IMG/VR virus record: IMGVR_UViG_3300046615_000768
Coordinates: 1 to 64,000 of that record
Reading direction: 5' to 3' (one strand)
Origin: a virus
Taxonomy: Duplodnaviria > Caudoviricetes
Length of the DNA: 64,000 bases
The position numbers and the translations under genes are program-made. Positions 16,987-25,136 of this stretch are shown in pieces. The notes beneath the pieces are model-generated. The model saw nothing but the letters and a program-made list of their open reading frames with translations, made no database searches and was not told where the DNA came from. The first letter of the stretch is position 1. The number at the start of each line of letters is the position of its first letter.

Positions 16987-17951
16987 ACACGACCCTGTAC
17001 GTCGACGACGAACTGCAAGCATGGATCGACCCGCTGTCGCCGGACGAGCTGGCCCTCCTGGAAGCGAGCCTGCTCGAAGACGGCTGCCGTGATCCGCTGG
17101 TTGTGTGGGGCGGCTACCTGCTCGATGGCCACAACCGCTACGCGCTGTGCACGAAACACGGCATCCCGTTCCAGACCGTTGAGAAAACCGGCCTGGTGAC
17201 GAAGGAAGACGCGATGCTGTGGATGGTCGACAACCAGCTCGGCAAGCGCAACCTGACCGATTTCGCGCGCGTCGCGCTGGCCCTCAAGGCCAAGCCGCTG
17301 ATCGAGGCGCGTGCCAAGGCGCGCATGGTGGCCGGCAAGGCAGACCCTCGTCCCAATTGGGACGAGGGTTCGACCCGTACCGACGACGCGATCGCCAAGG
17401 CCGCGCGGGTCGGCCGCAACACCGTGCGCAAGGTCGAGAAGATCATCGAGAAGGCCGGCGCCGAAGTCATCGCCCAGGTGCGCGCTGGCGAGCTGTCGAT
17501 CAACGCCGCGGCCAAGACGGTCACGCCGCCGAAGCCACCGAAAGCGCCGAAGGCCAAAACCACGGCCGATCCAGCGCCGGAAGTGGCCACGCCGCGCCTG
17601 ACCCCGGAGCAGGGCGCCGTCGCCGTCACCGACGTGGAAGCGCTGCGCGCCGAAAATGCCGAGCTGCGCGCGAAGCTGGCCGAGCGTGACGAACAACTGG
17701 ACGACCTCAAAGAGGAGTTTGCGAAGACCCTGGCCGACAACGTGATGATGGCCCGTGTGTTCGAGACGAACGACCACGTGAAGGCTGCCCTGATCGAGGT
17801 CGAGCGCTACCGCGCCGTTGCCGAGCAGGCGAACCGCACCCTGGCTGCACGCTCGCACGAATTCATCGAACGCGCGAGCAACGTCGCCCAGTGGAAGCGG
17901 CGCGCGGACAAATTCGAGAAAAAGCTCAAGGCGCTCGGACATGAAGTCTGA
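16983..17951 (+). CDS. ParB/Srx-like N-terminal domain protein with a coiled-coil C-terminus
   Basis: LEASLLEDGCRDPLVVW...LLDGHNRY...DNQLGKRNLT. Confidence 0.75.
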   Translation: MNTTLYVDDELQAWIDPLSPDELALLEASLLEDGCRDPLVVWGGYLLDGHNRYALCTKHGIPFQTVEKTGLVTKEDAMLWMVDNQLGKRNLTDFARVALALKAKPLIEARAKARMVAGKADPRPNWDEGSTRTDDAIAKAARVGRNTVRKVEKIIEKAGAEVIAQVRAGELSINAAAKTVTPPKPPKAPKAKTTADPAPEVATPRLTPEQGAVAVTDVEALRAENAELRAKLAERDEQLDDLKEEFAKTLADNVMMARVFETNDHVKAALIEVERYRAVAEQANRTLAARSHEFIERASNVAQWKRRADKFEKKLKALGHEV

Positions 17952-19446
17952 GATCGTCCCTCGCTCCGGGCTCTCGCGCATCACGCCGCGGCCGTTCCAG
18001 GTCACGGCGCGCGAGCAGCTGCGCGAGGGCTTCATGGCCGGGCACCGCTGCCAGATGGTGATGAGCCCGACCGGGTCCGGCAAGACCATCCTGGCGATGT
18101 TCCTCATCAACGAAGCACTTGAACGCGGTCGCCGTGCGCTTTTCGTGGCCGACCGCCGCACCCTGATCAATCAGACCTCGCAGGTGGCCGACTCGCTCGG
18201 ACTGTCGCACGGCATCGTGATGGCCAGCACCCTGCGTTATAACCCGGACGCGCCGTTCCAGATCGCCAGCGCGCAGACCCTGGCCAATCGCCGCTGGCCG
18301 CGCGCCGACCTCATCATCATCGACGAGGCGCATACCCAGCTGTCCGTCTGGACCGAGTATATCCAGACCTGCGGCGCCGCCGTGATCGGCCTGTCGGCCA
18401 CGCCGTTCTCGAAAGGCCTGGGGCGGCTGTTCTCGAACCTGGTCAACGCCACCACCATGGCCGACCTGACCCACTCGGGCGTGCTGGTGCCGATGCGCGT
18501 CCTGACGTGCAAGCAGATCGACATGAAGGGCGCACCGACTTCCGGCGGCGAATGGACCGACCGGGGCGCGGGCGAGCGCGGCATCAAGATCGTCGGCGAC
18601 GTGGTGCAGGAGTGGCTGATGTACGCCGAGGACCGCAAGACCATCGTCTTCGGCGCCACCATCGACCACTGCGAAACGATGTGCCGTGCGTTCGTCGAAG
18701 CCGGCGTCATGGCCGCTGTGTTCACCTCGCACACCACCGAGCAAGAGCGTGCCGCGCTTCTGGCCGAATACGAAAAGCACGACTCCGTCATCCGGGTCCT
18801 GATCTCCGTCGAAGCGCTGGCCAAGGGGTTCGATGTGCCGGACGTTTCGTGCGTCTGCGATGCGAGGCCGCTGCAAAAGTCGCTCTCCACCGCGATCCAG
18901 ATGTGGGGCCGCGGCCTGCGTTCGTCGCCCTCCACGGGCAAGACCGACATGCTGCTGCTCGACTTCTCGGGAAACATTGTCCGGTTCAGCAACGACTTCG
19001 AGGCGATCTTTCACGACGGCCTGGCGTCCCTCGACATGGGCGAAAAGCTCGATCGTGAAGTGCGCAAGGATGCCGAAGGCGACGAGTCGAAAGGATGCCC
19101 AGCGTGCGGCTACCAGCCCTTCTTCAAGCGCTGCATGGCTTGCGGCCACGAACGCCTGCCGACGAACAACATCGTCCCCGAGGCCGGGGAAATGGTCGAG
19201 TTCAAGATCGGACGCGCCACTGTCGGCGACAGTGCCAGTGTGTGGGCGCAGTGCGTGACGCTGATCCGAAACGGCGTCGGTCGACCCGAAACCGCGCCTG
19301 GCCGCGCCGCCCACCTCTACAAGAGCATCACGGGGATCTTCCCGCGCAACCTGCCGGATTACCACGCCGTGCCGGACGTGGCCGTCACCCGTGGCGTGCG
19401 CAACAAGCACATCGCCAACAAGATCGCCTTCAGGAACGCGAAATGA
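17941..19446 (+). CDS. SF2 DEAD/DEAH-box helicase with a C-terminal zinc ribbon
   Basis: SPTGSGKT, IIIDEAH, GLSATP, KGFDVP, QMWGRGLR, CPAC..CxxC. Confidence 0.92.
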   Translation: MKSEIVPRSGLSRITPRPFQVTAREQLREGFMAGHRCQMVMSPTGSGKTILAMFLINEALERGRRALFVADRRTLINQTSQVADSLGLSHGIVMASTLRYNPDAPFQIASAQTLANRRWPRADLIIIDEAHTQLSVWTEYIQTCGAAVIGLSATPFSKGLGRLFSNLVNATTMADLTHSGVLVPMRVLTCKQIDMKGAPTSGGEWTDRGAGERGIKIVGDVVQEWLMYAEDRKTIVFGATIDHCETMCRAFVEAGVMAAVFTSHTTEQERAALLAEYEKHDSVIRVLISVEALAKGFDVPDVSCVCDARPLQKSLSTAIQMWGRGLRSSPSTGKTDMLLLDFSGNIVRFSNDFEAIFHDGLASLDMGEKLDREVRKDAEGDESKGCPACGYQPFFKRCMACGHERLPTNNIVPEAGEMVEFKIGRATVGDSASVWAQCVTLIRNGVGRPETAPGRAAHLYKSITGIFPRNLPDYHAVPDVAVTRGVRNKHIANKIAFRNAK

Positions 19447-20306
19447 CCTTCACCCAATTCGCCGCCCTGTACGGCCTGATCCTGCCAGACCTCTACCCGA
19501 GCGACAAAATCCGTCGCTGCGCCACCGAGGCGCACCCGAACCGCAAGGACGGCACCTACCTGTGGGACGGCCAGCGTGGCTGGGTCTGCGACTGGTCCGT
19601 CAGCGACGAGTGGCACTGGTATGACAACCCGGACGCCAAGGGCTTTACGGACGAGGAAAAGCGCGTATGGGCCGAGCGCAAGCGCGCCCGTGAGAAGGAA
19701 GAGATGGAGATGGCCCGGCGCGCCGCGCACCTGGCCGCCGCGATGCTCAAGCAGTGCAAGCCCGGCGAACACCCCTACCTCGGCTCGAAGAAGCTCGGCC
19801 ACGTCCAGGGGCTGGTCAATGACAAGCACGAGCTGATCGTGCCCATGCGCACGATCGACACGAACCACCTGGTGGGCATGCAGACCATCTGGTTCCAGAT
19901 GGAGGAACGGGCATGGAAGAAGCAGTTCAGCAAGGGCATGCGCGCCAAAAGTGCCGTGTTCCGCCTCGGGAATCCGCGCGCGCCGGAAACCTGGCTGGTC
20001 GAGGGCTATGCCACCGGCCTGACGGTCGAAATGGCCCTGCGCTCGCTGAACGTCAACGCGTGCGTGCTGATCTGCTTCTCGGCGCACAACCTGACCCACG
20101 TGGCCGGCCAGGTCAAAGGCCGCAAGTTCGCCTTCGCCGACAACGACAAGAGCGGCAAAGGCATCGGGGCCGTCGAGGCGGCGCAGCTGCCGTACTCCAT
20201 CAGCCCGGTCGAGGGTGAAGACGCCAACGACTGGTACGTGCGCGCCGGCCTGCTGCCGGTCGCCGCCGAAATCATGCGCGTGCGCCGGGCGGTGCCGACG
20301 CCGTAA
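19443..20306 (+). CDS. Phage primase-like Toprim protein
   Basis: HPYLGSKK, LVEGYATG, FADNDKSGKG, DAND. Confidence 0.8.
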   Translation: MTFTQFAALYGLILPDLYPSDKIRRCATEAHPNRKDGTYLWDGQRGWVCDWSVSDEWHWYDNPDAKGFTDEEKRVWAERKRAREKEEMEMARRAAHLAAAMLKQCKPGEHPYLGSKKLGHVQGLVNDKHELIVPMRTIDTNHLVGMQTIWFQMEERAWKKQFSKGMRAKSAVFRLGNPRAPETWLVEGYATGLTVEMALRSLNVNACVLICFSAHNLTHVAGQVKGRKFAFADNDKSGKGIGAVEAAQLPYSISPVEGEDANDWYVRAGLLPVAAEIMRVRRAVPTP

Positions 20307-20580
20307 CACCAGCAATAAGACAGCGCACTGGTCGGATCGGAAGACGGCAGCGGTGCGTAGTGAGGCCCCTACTGTGGGATCTGTTTCTGAAACAGGGGCG
20401 ATCGGCGGCGAAGACAGCACCGATGAAACGAAAGGCTGTCACGTCATGCGGCTCCGTCGGAGGGGAAGCGTGTAAAGGCAGGCGTAGGAAGGCTACGTCT
20501 GCCCACCATCAGAGGCAACGGGTTTAGCAGGCGGTAGCACAGAGCTAGAAGGCATGCAGTACCACTAACCAGGGGAACAA

Positions 20581-21204
20581 ATGAACATCGAGATCATCAC
20601 CATCCTTGACCGCAGCGGCTCCATGAACAAGCTGCGCAACGACATCATCGGCGGCTACAACGCGTTCCTCGTCGAACAGAAGACGTTGCCAGGCAGTGCG
20701 CGCATCACGCTCGTTCAGTTCAGCGACGAGGTCGAGGAGCTGTATCAGGCCGTGCCGATCCAGCACATCGGCCACCTGACCCTCGGCAGCTACATCACCG
20801 CCGGCAGCACGGCCCTGTACGACGCGATCTGCGAGACGCTGGCCAAGCAGGGCGCGCGCATCGGTGGCGAGTCCTGGGCCGACAAGGTCCTCCTGAACAT
20901 CATCACCGACGGCGAGAACAACGCCAGCAAGACGTTTACGCGCGAACAGGCGCTCCAGATGATCAAGCACAAGCAGGACAAGCTGGGCTGGACCGTGATG
21001 TACCAGGCAGCGGACGAGAAGGCGTTCGAGGAAGGCGCCAAGATGGGCATTAACCCGGCCTTCACCAACATCGTCGGCGCCACCTCGGCCGGCATGGCCG
21101 AGGCCTACGGCAACATCAGCATGGCCACCACGGCCCTGCGCACCGGCGGCAGCCCGTTCGACGCCATCCTGAGCGTCAGCAGCCGGGACGAGAAGACCGC
21201 CTGA
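20581..21204 (+). CDS. Stand-alone von Willebrand A domain protein
   Basis: MIDAS motif ILDRSGSM, GSTALYDAI, IITDGENNAS. Confidence 0.9.
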   Translation: MNIEIITILDRSGSMNKLRNDIIGGYNAFLVEQKTLPGSARITLVQFSDEVEELYQAVPIQHIGHLTLGSYITAGSTALYDAICETLAKQGARIGGESWADKVLLNIITDGENNASKTFTREQALQMIKHKQDKLGWTVMYQAADEKAFEEGAKMGINPAFTNIVGATSAGMAEAYGNISMATTALRTGGSPFDAILSVSSRDEKTA

Positions 21205-21629
21205 TGCAGCGCGCGCCGCGTCCCCAACGTCCCATGCCGCCGGCCGCGCGCCGGATCGGCGTGCCGCGCGAATTTCTGATCGACTTCAACCGGGTCGCTC
21301 ACTTCTTCGACTGGACGCATGCCGAATGCGAGGCCGAGAAGGCGCGCATTCGCGGGGACGCGGCCGCCATGGCCGACGTGCCGCGCCTGGCCCGCGTCGT
21401 GCGCGCGCTGGACGTGGTGGCACGTCACTACGGCTGGACCGACGCCGAGCGCGCCGAGTGGCGTGAGCCGCTGCGCGCCCCTGGCGAGACGCGCGACTAC
21501 ATCGCCACCCTTGGCATGGCCTTGCAGCACGGCTACCGCCAGACCCCCGAGAACAACCACATCAGGCTCGCCGCATGGCTGGCCAAGCACGGCTTTGACC
21601 CGATCAACACCGAGGAAACCCCGACATGA
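21204..21629 (+). CDS. Hypothetical protein
   Basis: Coupled operon. Confidence 0.6.
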   Translation: MQRAPRPQRPMPPAARRIGVPREFLIDFNRVAHFFDWTHAECEAEKARIRGDAAAMADVPRLARVVRALDVVARHYGWTDAERAEWREPLRAPGETRDYIATLGMALQHGYRQTPENNHIRLAAWLAKHGFDPINTEETPT

Positions 21630-22024
21630 AGATGCCACCCGCGAATTCGCGCCAGCGCAAGATCACCAACGTGCTCATCACCGGCGTGAGCATCAGCCCG
21701 CAGGAAGGGGTCGATCACCACGGCATGATGAACCTGACGATCGCCGAGATCGCCAGCTTGTACGTCGACCTGGTGGTGCGCGGCTGCGCGGTGCAGGTGG
21801 GTTCGCGCATCAAGGCGAGCGATGCCCTGCTGGCCAAGTACAAGCTGCTCGACACCCCACCGGAAGACGAGCGCCCGAAGGTGCCACCGCGCACCGTGCC
21901 GGCATTCAAGCCGCTGTCGCCTCAGAACATCGCCTCCTCGCGCGGCATGCGCGAAGGCAGCAACGACATGCGCGAGATCCCGAGCCACTACGGCAACGCG
22001 ACCCCGCGCAAGGAGGGCGCGTAA
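21626..22024 (+). CDS. Hypothetical protein
   Basis: Coupled operon. Confidence 0.55.
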   Translation: MKMPPANSRQRKITNVLITGVSISPQEGVDHHGMMNLTIAEIASLYVDLVVRGCAVQVGSRIKASDALLAKYKLLDTPPEDERPKVPPRTVPAFKPLSPQNIASSRGMREGSNDMREIPSHYGNATPRKEGA

Positions 22025-22287
22025 TGGCGGTCGTCTTTCTCGAAGATTGGCGCCGTGTCAGGAACGCCTGGCAGCTCGCGCAGGTCCTGTCCGGCGACCC
22101 GCAGATCCGCGCGGCCGCACGCGTCGAGAGCCTGAAACGCCTGACCCGCATCCAGCGTCTGGCCACCGGAGGCACGCCGGGAGAGGGTGCCCCGGAAGAC
22201 GAGCTGCGACGGGCGCGCGAACGTGCACGCGAGCAGGCCGAGATCGACGCACGCCGCGCCGCGCGCGCACCCGAGGAGAACGACTGA
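22024..22287 (+). CDS. Hypothetical protein (MAVVFLEDWRR...)
   Basis: TAATG overlap with the upstream gene and TGATG overlap with the downstream gene. Confidence 0.55.
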   Translation: MAVVFLEDWRRVRNAWQLAQVLSGDPQIRAAARVESLKRLTRIQRLATGGTPGEGAPEDELRRARERAREQAEIDARRAARAPEEND

Positions 22288-22628
22288 TGCGAGCCTCGAA
22301 ATACCGTAACCGCAAGACCGAAGTGGACGGCATCACCTTCGACTCGCAGGCCGAGGCGCGCCGCTGGCAGCACCTGAAGGATCTTGAGGCGCGCGGCACG
22401 ATCACCGACCTGTGCCGCCAGGTGTCGTTCGAGCTGGTCCCGGCCGTGCGCTTCTTCGGCTCGAAGCGCGCCACGCCGGCGCTGCGTTATATCGCCGACT
22501 TCGGCTACACCGACGCCGACGGCAAGCGCGTCGTCGAGGACGTAAAAGGCGCGCTCACCCGCGTGTACAAGATTAAGAAGCACCTGATGAAGGCGCTCTT
22601 CAACATCGACATTCTGGAGACACGATGA
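22287..22628 (+). CDS. DUF1064-family nuclease-like protein
   Basis: SKYRNRKTEVDGITFDSQAEARR...RQVSFEL...YIADF...VEDVKG. Confidence 0.85.
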   Translation: MRASKYRNRKTEVDGITFDSQAEARRWQHLKDLEARGTITDLCRQVSFELVPAVRFFGSKRATPALRYIADFGYTDADGKRVVEDVKGALTRVYKIKKHLMKALFNIDILETR

Positions 22629-22819
22629 CGCAAATGGAAGCTGATGCCCGCGACGCCCGCCGCTATCGAATGATGCGGCTCCTGTGCTGCGCGAGCGAGG
22701 AGAAACAGCGTGAAGTGCACGCGCTGATCGCGCACCTGGTGGGGAGCCGGGGCCAGCTGGACCCGCAGCGCATCGACCGCGCCATGGACCTCATCCTCAA
22801 CACCTACAAGCTTGTCTAA
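22625..22819 (+). CDS. Hypothetical protein
   Basis: Coupled operon. Confidence 0.5.
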   Translation: MTQMEADARDARRYRMMRLLCCASEEKQREVHALIAHLVGSRGQLDPQRIDRAMDLILNTYKLV

Positions 22820-22828
22820 GGAGTTCCC

Positions 22829-23344
22829 ATGTCCCTGGCTGAACGCTACGCCCGCGCCACCATTTCGGGCAATCTGCGCAACGACGCGCTGCACGTGGGC
22901 GCCGACGTGCTGATGGCCGTCGCTATGTCCTCGAATTTTGGCGCGATGCTCATGCGTGTCAAGTTCGCCAACGACGTGGGCAGCTACCGCGCTCTGCTCG
23001 ACCAGTGGACGTGGATCGTCTCGACCAAGGCGCTGCGCCGCAACTGGCCGCTGCATATTCCGATCGACAAGGTCGCGTTCCTGTCCCTGCACCGCTGGAT
23101 CTCCTCGGTGTGCCCGGCGTGCACGGGGCTCAAGCACGTCAAGATTCTGGGCGCGCCGGTGCTGGCCGAGCGTGCTTGCCCTGTGTGCCACGGCACCGGC
23201 GAGACGGAACTGCGTTGCAACCCGGCCATCCGTGACTACGTCCTCGACATGATCGAGGAGCTGGAAGCGGACATGCAGCGCTCCGTGGCACGTGCCCGCA
23301 AGAAGCTGCGCAGCGACCGCGAAGAGGCCGAAACGAAACTCTAG
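22829..23344 (+). CDS. Q-like late antiterminator or regulator (zinc finger)
   Basis: CPACTG...CPVCHGTG; last gene before the late leader. Confidence 0.6.
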   Translation: MSLAERYARATISGNLRNDALHVGADVLMAVAMSSNFGAMLMRVKFANDVGSYRALLDQWTWIVSTKALRRNWPLHIPIDKVAFLSLHRWISSVCPACTGLKHVKILGAPVLAERACPVCHGTGETELRCNPAIRDYVLDMIEELEADMQRSVARARKKLRSDREEAETKL

Positions 23345-23695
23345 CGCGCGCGCGAAAACACGTTCTGCGCGCAAATTCAATCCCAAAATGGTGCCATGCG
23401 TAAACACAACAGCGACAAAAGGGGGCTTGAGTTGGGCGCGGCCGTTCAAGTATTCTTGCCGCACTGCTGAGCGTATTGGGTTGTAGTGGATGGTTTCTGG
23501 CCCTTTCGACTCGCATAATTCGGGCGACTACCTGGCAGCGCCGGGTGGGAAGCAACAATCCGTGCAATCGAGGACGGCGCCCACTGCGGCCTTCGCTCGC
23601 CCCGAATTTCCAAACATTCCAGCAGGGGCGCAAGACCGTAAGACAACACCCCTATATCCGCCCGGTCCCGGGTCGCCTATAGAGAGGAACGCGTC

Positions 23696-23971
23696 ATGAG
23701 CGACGTTATGGTCTGCAAACTGCAACTGCATTCGATTCATCCAGCCGGCACCCTGTGCGCGTCGGACAACTCGCAAATCCCGGCCTCGCGCCTGCGCTTC
23801 GGCGCCGTGTGGGAAGGATCGACCGACGCCCAGCGCACGTCCGAGAACGCCATCTTCGGCCACTGGACGCCTTGCGCTGAGTTCACCGCCACCGTGAAGA
23901 ACGCTGGCGTGATCGAACGGCTCAAGGAAGGCAAGAAGTATTACGTCACCTTCACCGAAGCACCCGATTAA
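23696..23971 (+). CDS. Conserved phage protein
   Basis: RBS GAGGA; ENAxFxxWTPC...GKKYYVTF pattern. Confidence 0.7.
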   Translation: MSDVMVCKLQLHSIHPAGTLCASDNSQIPASRLRFGAVWEGSTDAQRTSENAIFGHWTPCAEFTATVKNAGVIERLKEGKKYYVTFTEAPD

Positions 23972-24011
23972 CCATCGTGTCTCGATGCCCCGGACCAACC
24001 GGGGCACCTCA

Positions 24012-24047
24012 ACCCGCGCCCGGGAAACTCGGCGCGGGTTTTTTTTT
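24012..24047 (+). terminator. Rho-independent terminator
   Basis: ACCCGCGCC...GGCGCGGGT followed by a T-run. Confidence 0.8.
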
Positions 24048-24075
24048 GACACCTCAACCGACTTGGAGAACTACC

Positions 24076-24642
24076 GTGGAAAAAGCTAACGGCATTGATA
24101 TGTGCGGCGCGTCCGTCCAGCGCGGCGCAGGCGCCGGCGAACAGGCGCACGCCGAAGGCAAGTACACGGCGGTATGCCGCGCAGCCGACGGCACGATCAA
24201 GTGGACCGACGTGATCGAAAATCTCGTCACGACCCAAGGCAAGAACGACGCGCTAGACAAGTACCTGGCCGGCGCGGGCTACACCGCTGCCTGGTACATC
24301 GGCCTGATCTCGTCGGCCAGCTACAGCAACATCGTCGCCGCTGACACCATGGCCTCGCATGCGGGCTGGCTCGAAGCCGGTGCCACCAACGCACCGGCCT
24401 ATTCCGAGGGCACGCGCCAGGCGCCGACCTTCTCCGCGGCGTCGGGCGGCAGCAAGGCAACCAGCGCGGCCGTCGTCTTCACCATTACCAGCGCAGGCAC
24501 GACGAAGGGCTGCTTCCTGGCGAGCAGCAGCGTCAAGGACGGCACCGCGGGCGTGCTGTACTCCGCGGGCCTGTTCTCGCTCGGCGATAAGGTCTTGGGC
24601 GCGGGCGACACCCTGTCCGTCACCTACTCGGCCAGCCTGTAA
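24076..24642 (+). CDS. Virion structural protein (tail-associated)
   Basis: GTG start after GGAG; W...NLVTTQGKN...WYIGL...F.I......G.FL...G.LYSA. Confidence 0.7.
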   Translation: MEKANGIDMCGASVQRGAGAGEQAHAEGKYTAVCRAADGTIKWTDVIENLVTTQGKNDALDKYLAGAGYTAAWYIGLISSASYSNIVAADTMASHAGWLEAGATNAPAYSEGTRQAPTFSAASGGSKATSAAVVFTITSAGTTKGCFLASSSVKDGTAGVLYSAGLFSLGDKVLGAGDTLSVTYSASL

Positions 24643-24662
24643 CCAGGCGATAAGGAGCTGTC

Positions 24663-25136
24663 ATGTGGATTTTCGTTGAAACCGCCCGCATCGAGAACAA
24701 TTGGGGCCAGTGGTCCGCGCTCGTCACGTTGAGCAACAACGACACCCCGGAATCGTTCTGGATCAACTTCGCGTCCGAGCCGTCCGTGGCAGAGGCCGAC
24801 GCTGCCGGCACGCAGATGGCCGTGTCAAAGAATCTCGCGGCTGCCGAAGAAGAGTTCGAGGCAGTCGTTGGCTCGCCCTACACGGCTCTTAACCTGCAAT
24901 GGCAGACGGCTGCGGAGCTGGCAGCGCGCTTTCGCGCCCGCTACCGCGACGCCACCGGGATCGACGCGGCCAAGCTGGCGTACTGGCTGATCGAACGCGT
25001 CATCGCAAACGACCTGTCCGACGCCCAGATGGAAGACGCCTTCGGGTTGACCGCCACGGAGTACAACAGCGTGGCGGCGCGCATGAGCGCGCTGCACGAT
25101 AGCTGGGCTAACGTCTTGGGTGCGCAAGGCGAGTAA
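24663..25136 (+). CDS. Hypothetical protein in the structural cassette
   Basis: RBS AGGAG; coupled to the next gene. Confidence 0.65.
   Translation: MWIFVETARIENNWGQWSALVTLSNNDTPESFWINFASEPSVAEADAAGTQMAVSKNLAAAEEEFEAVVGSPYTALNLQWQTAAELAARFRARYRDATGIDAAKLAYWLIERVIANDLSDAQMEDAFGLTATEYNSVAARMSALHDSWANVLGAQGE

Noticed and set aside
20381-20395. LexA (SOS) box
   Set aside because: The palindrome CTGTTTCTGAAACAG is 15 bp, one short of CTG-N10-CAG
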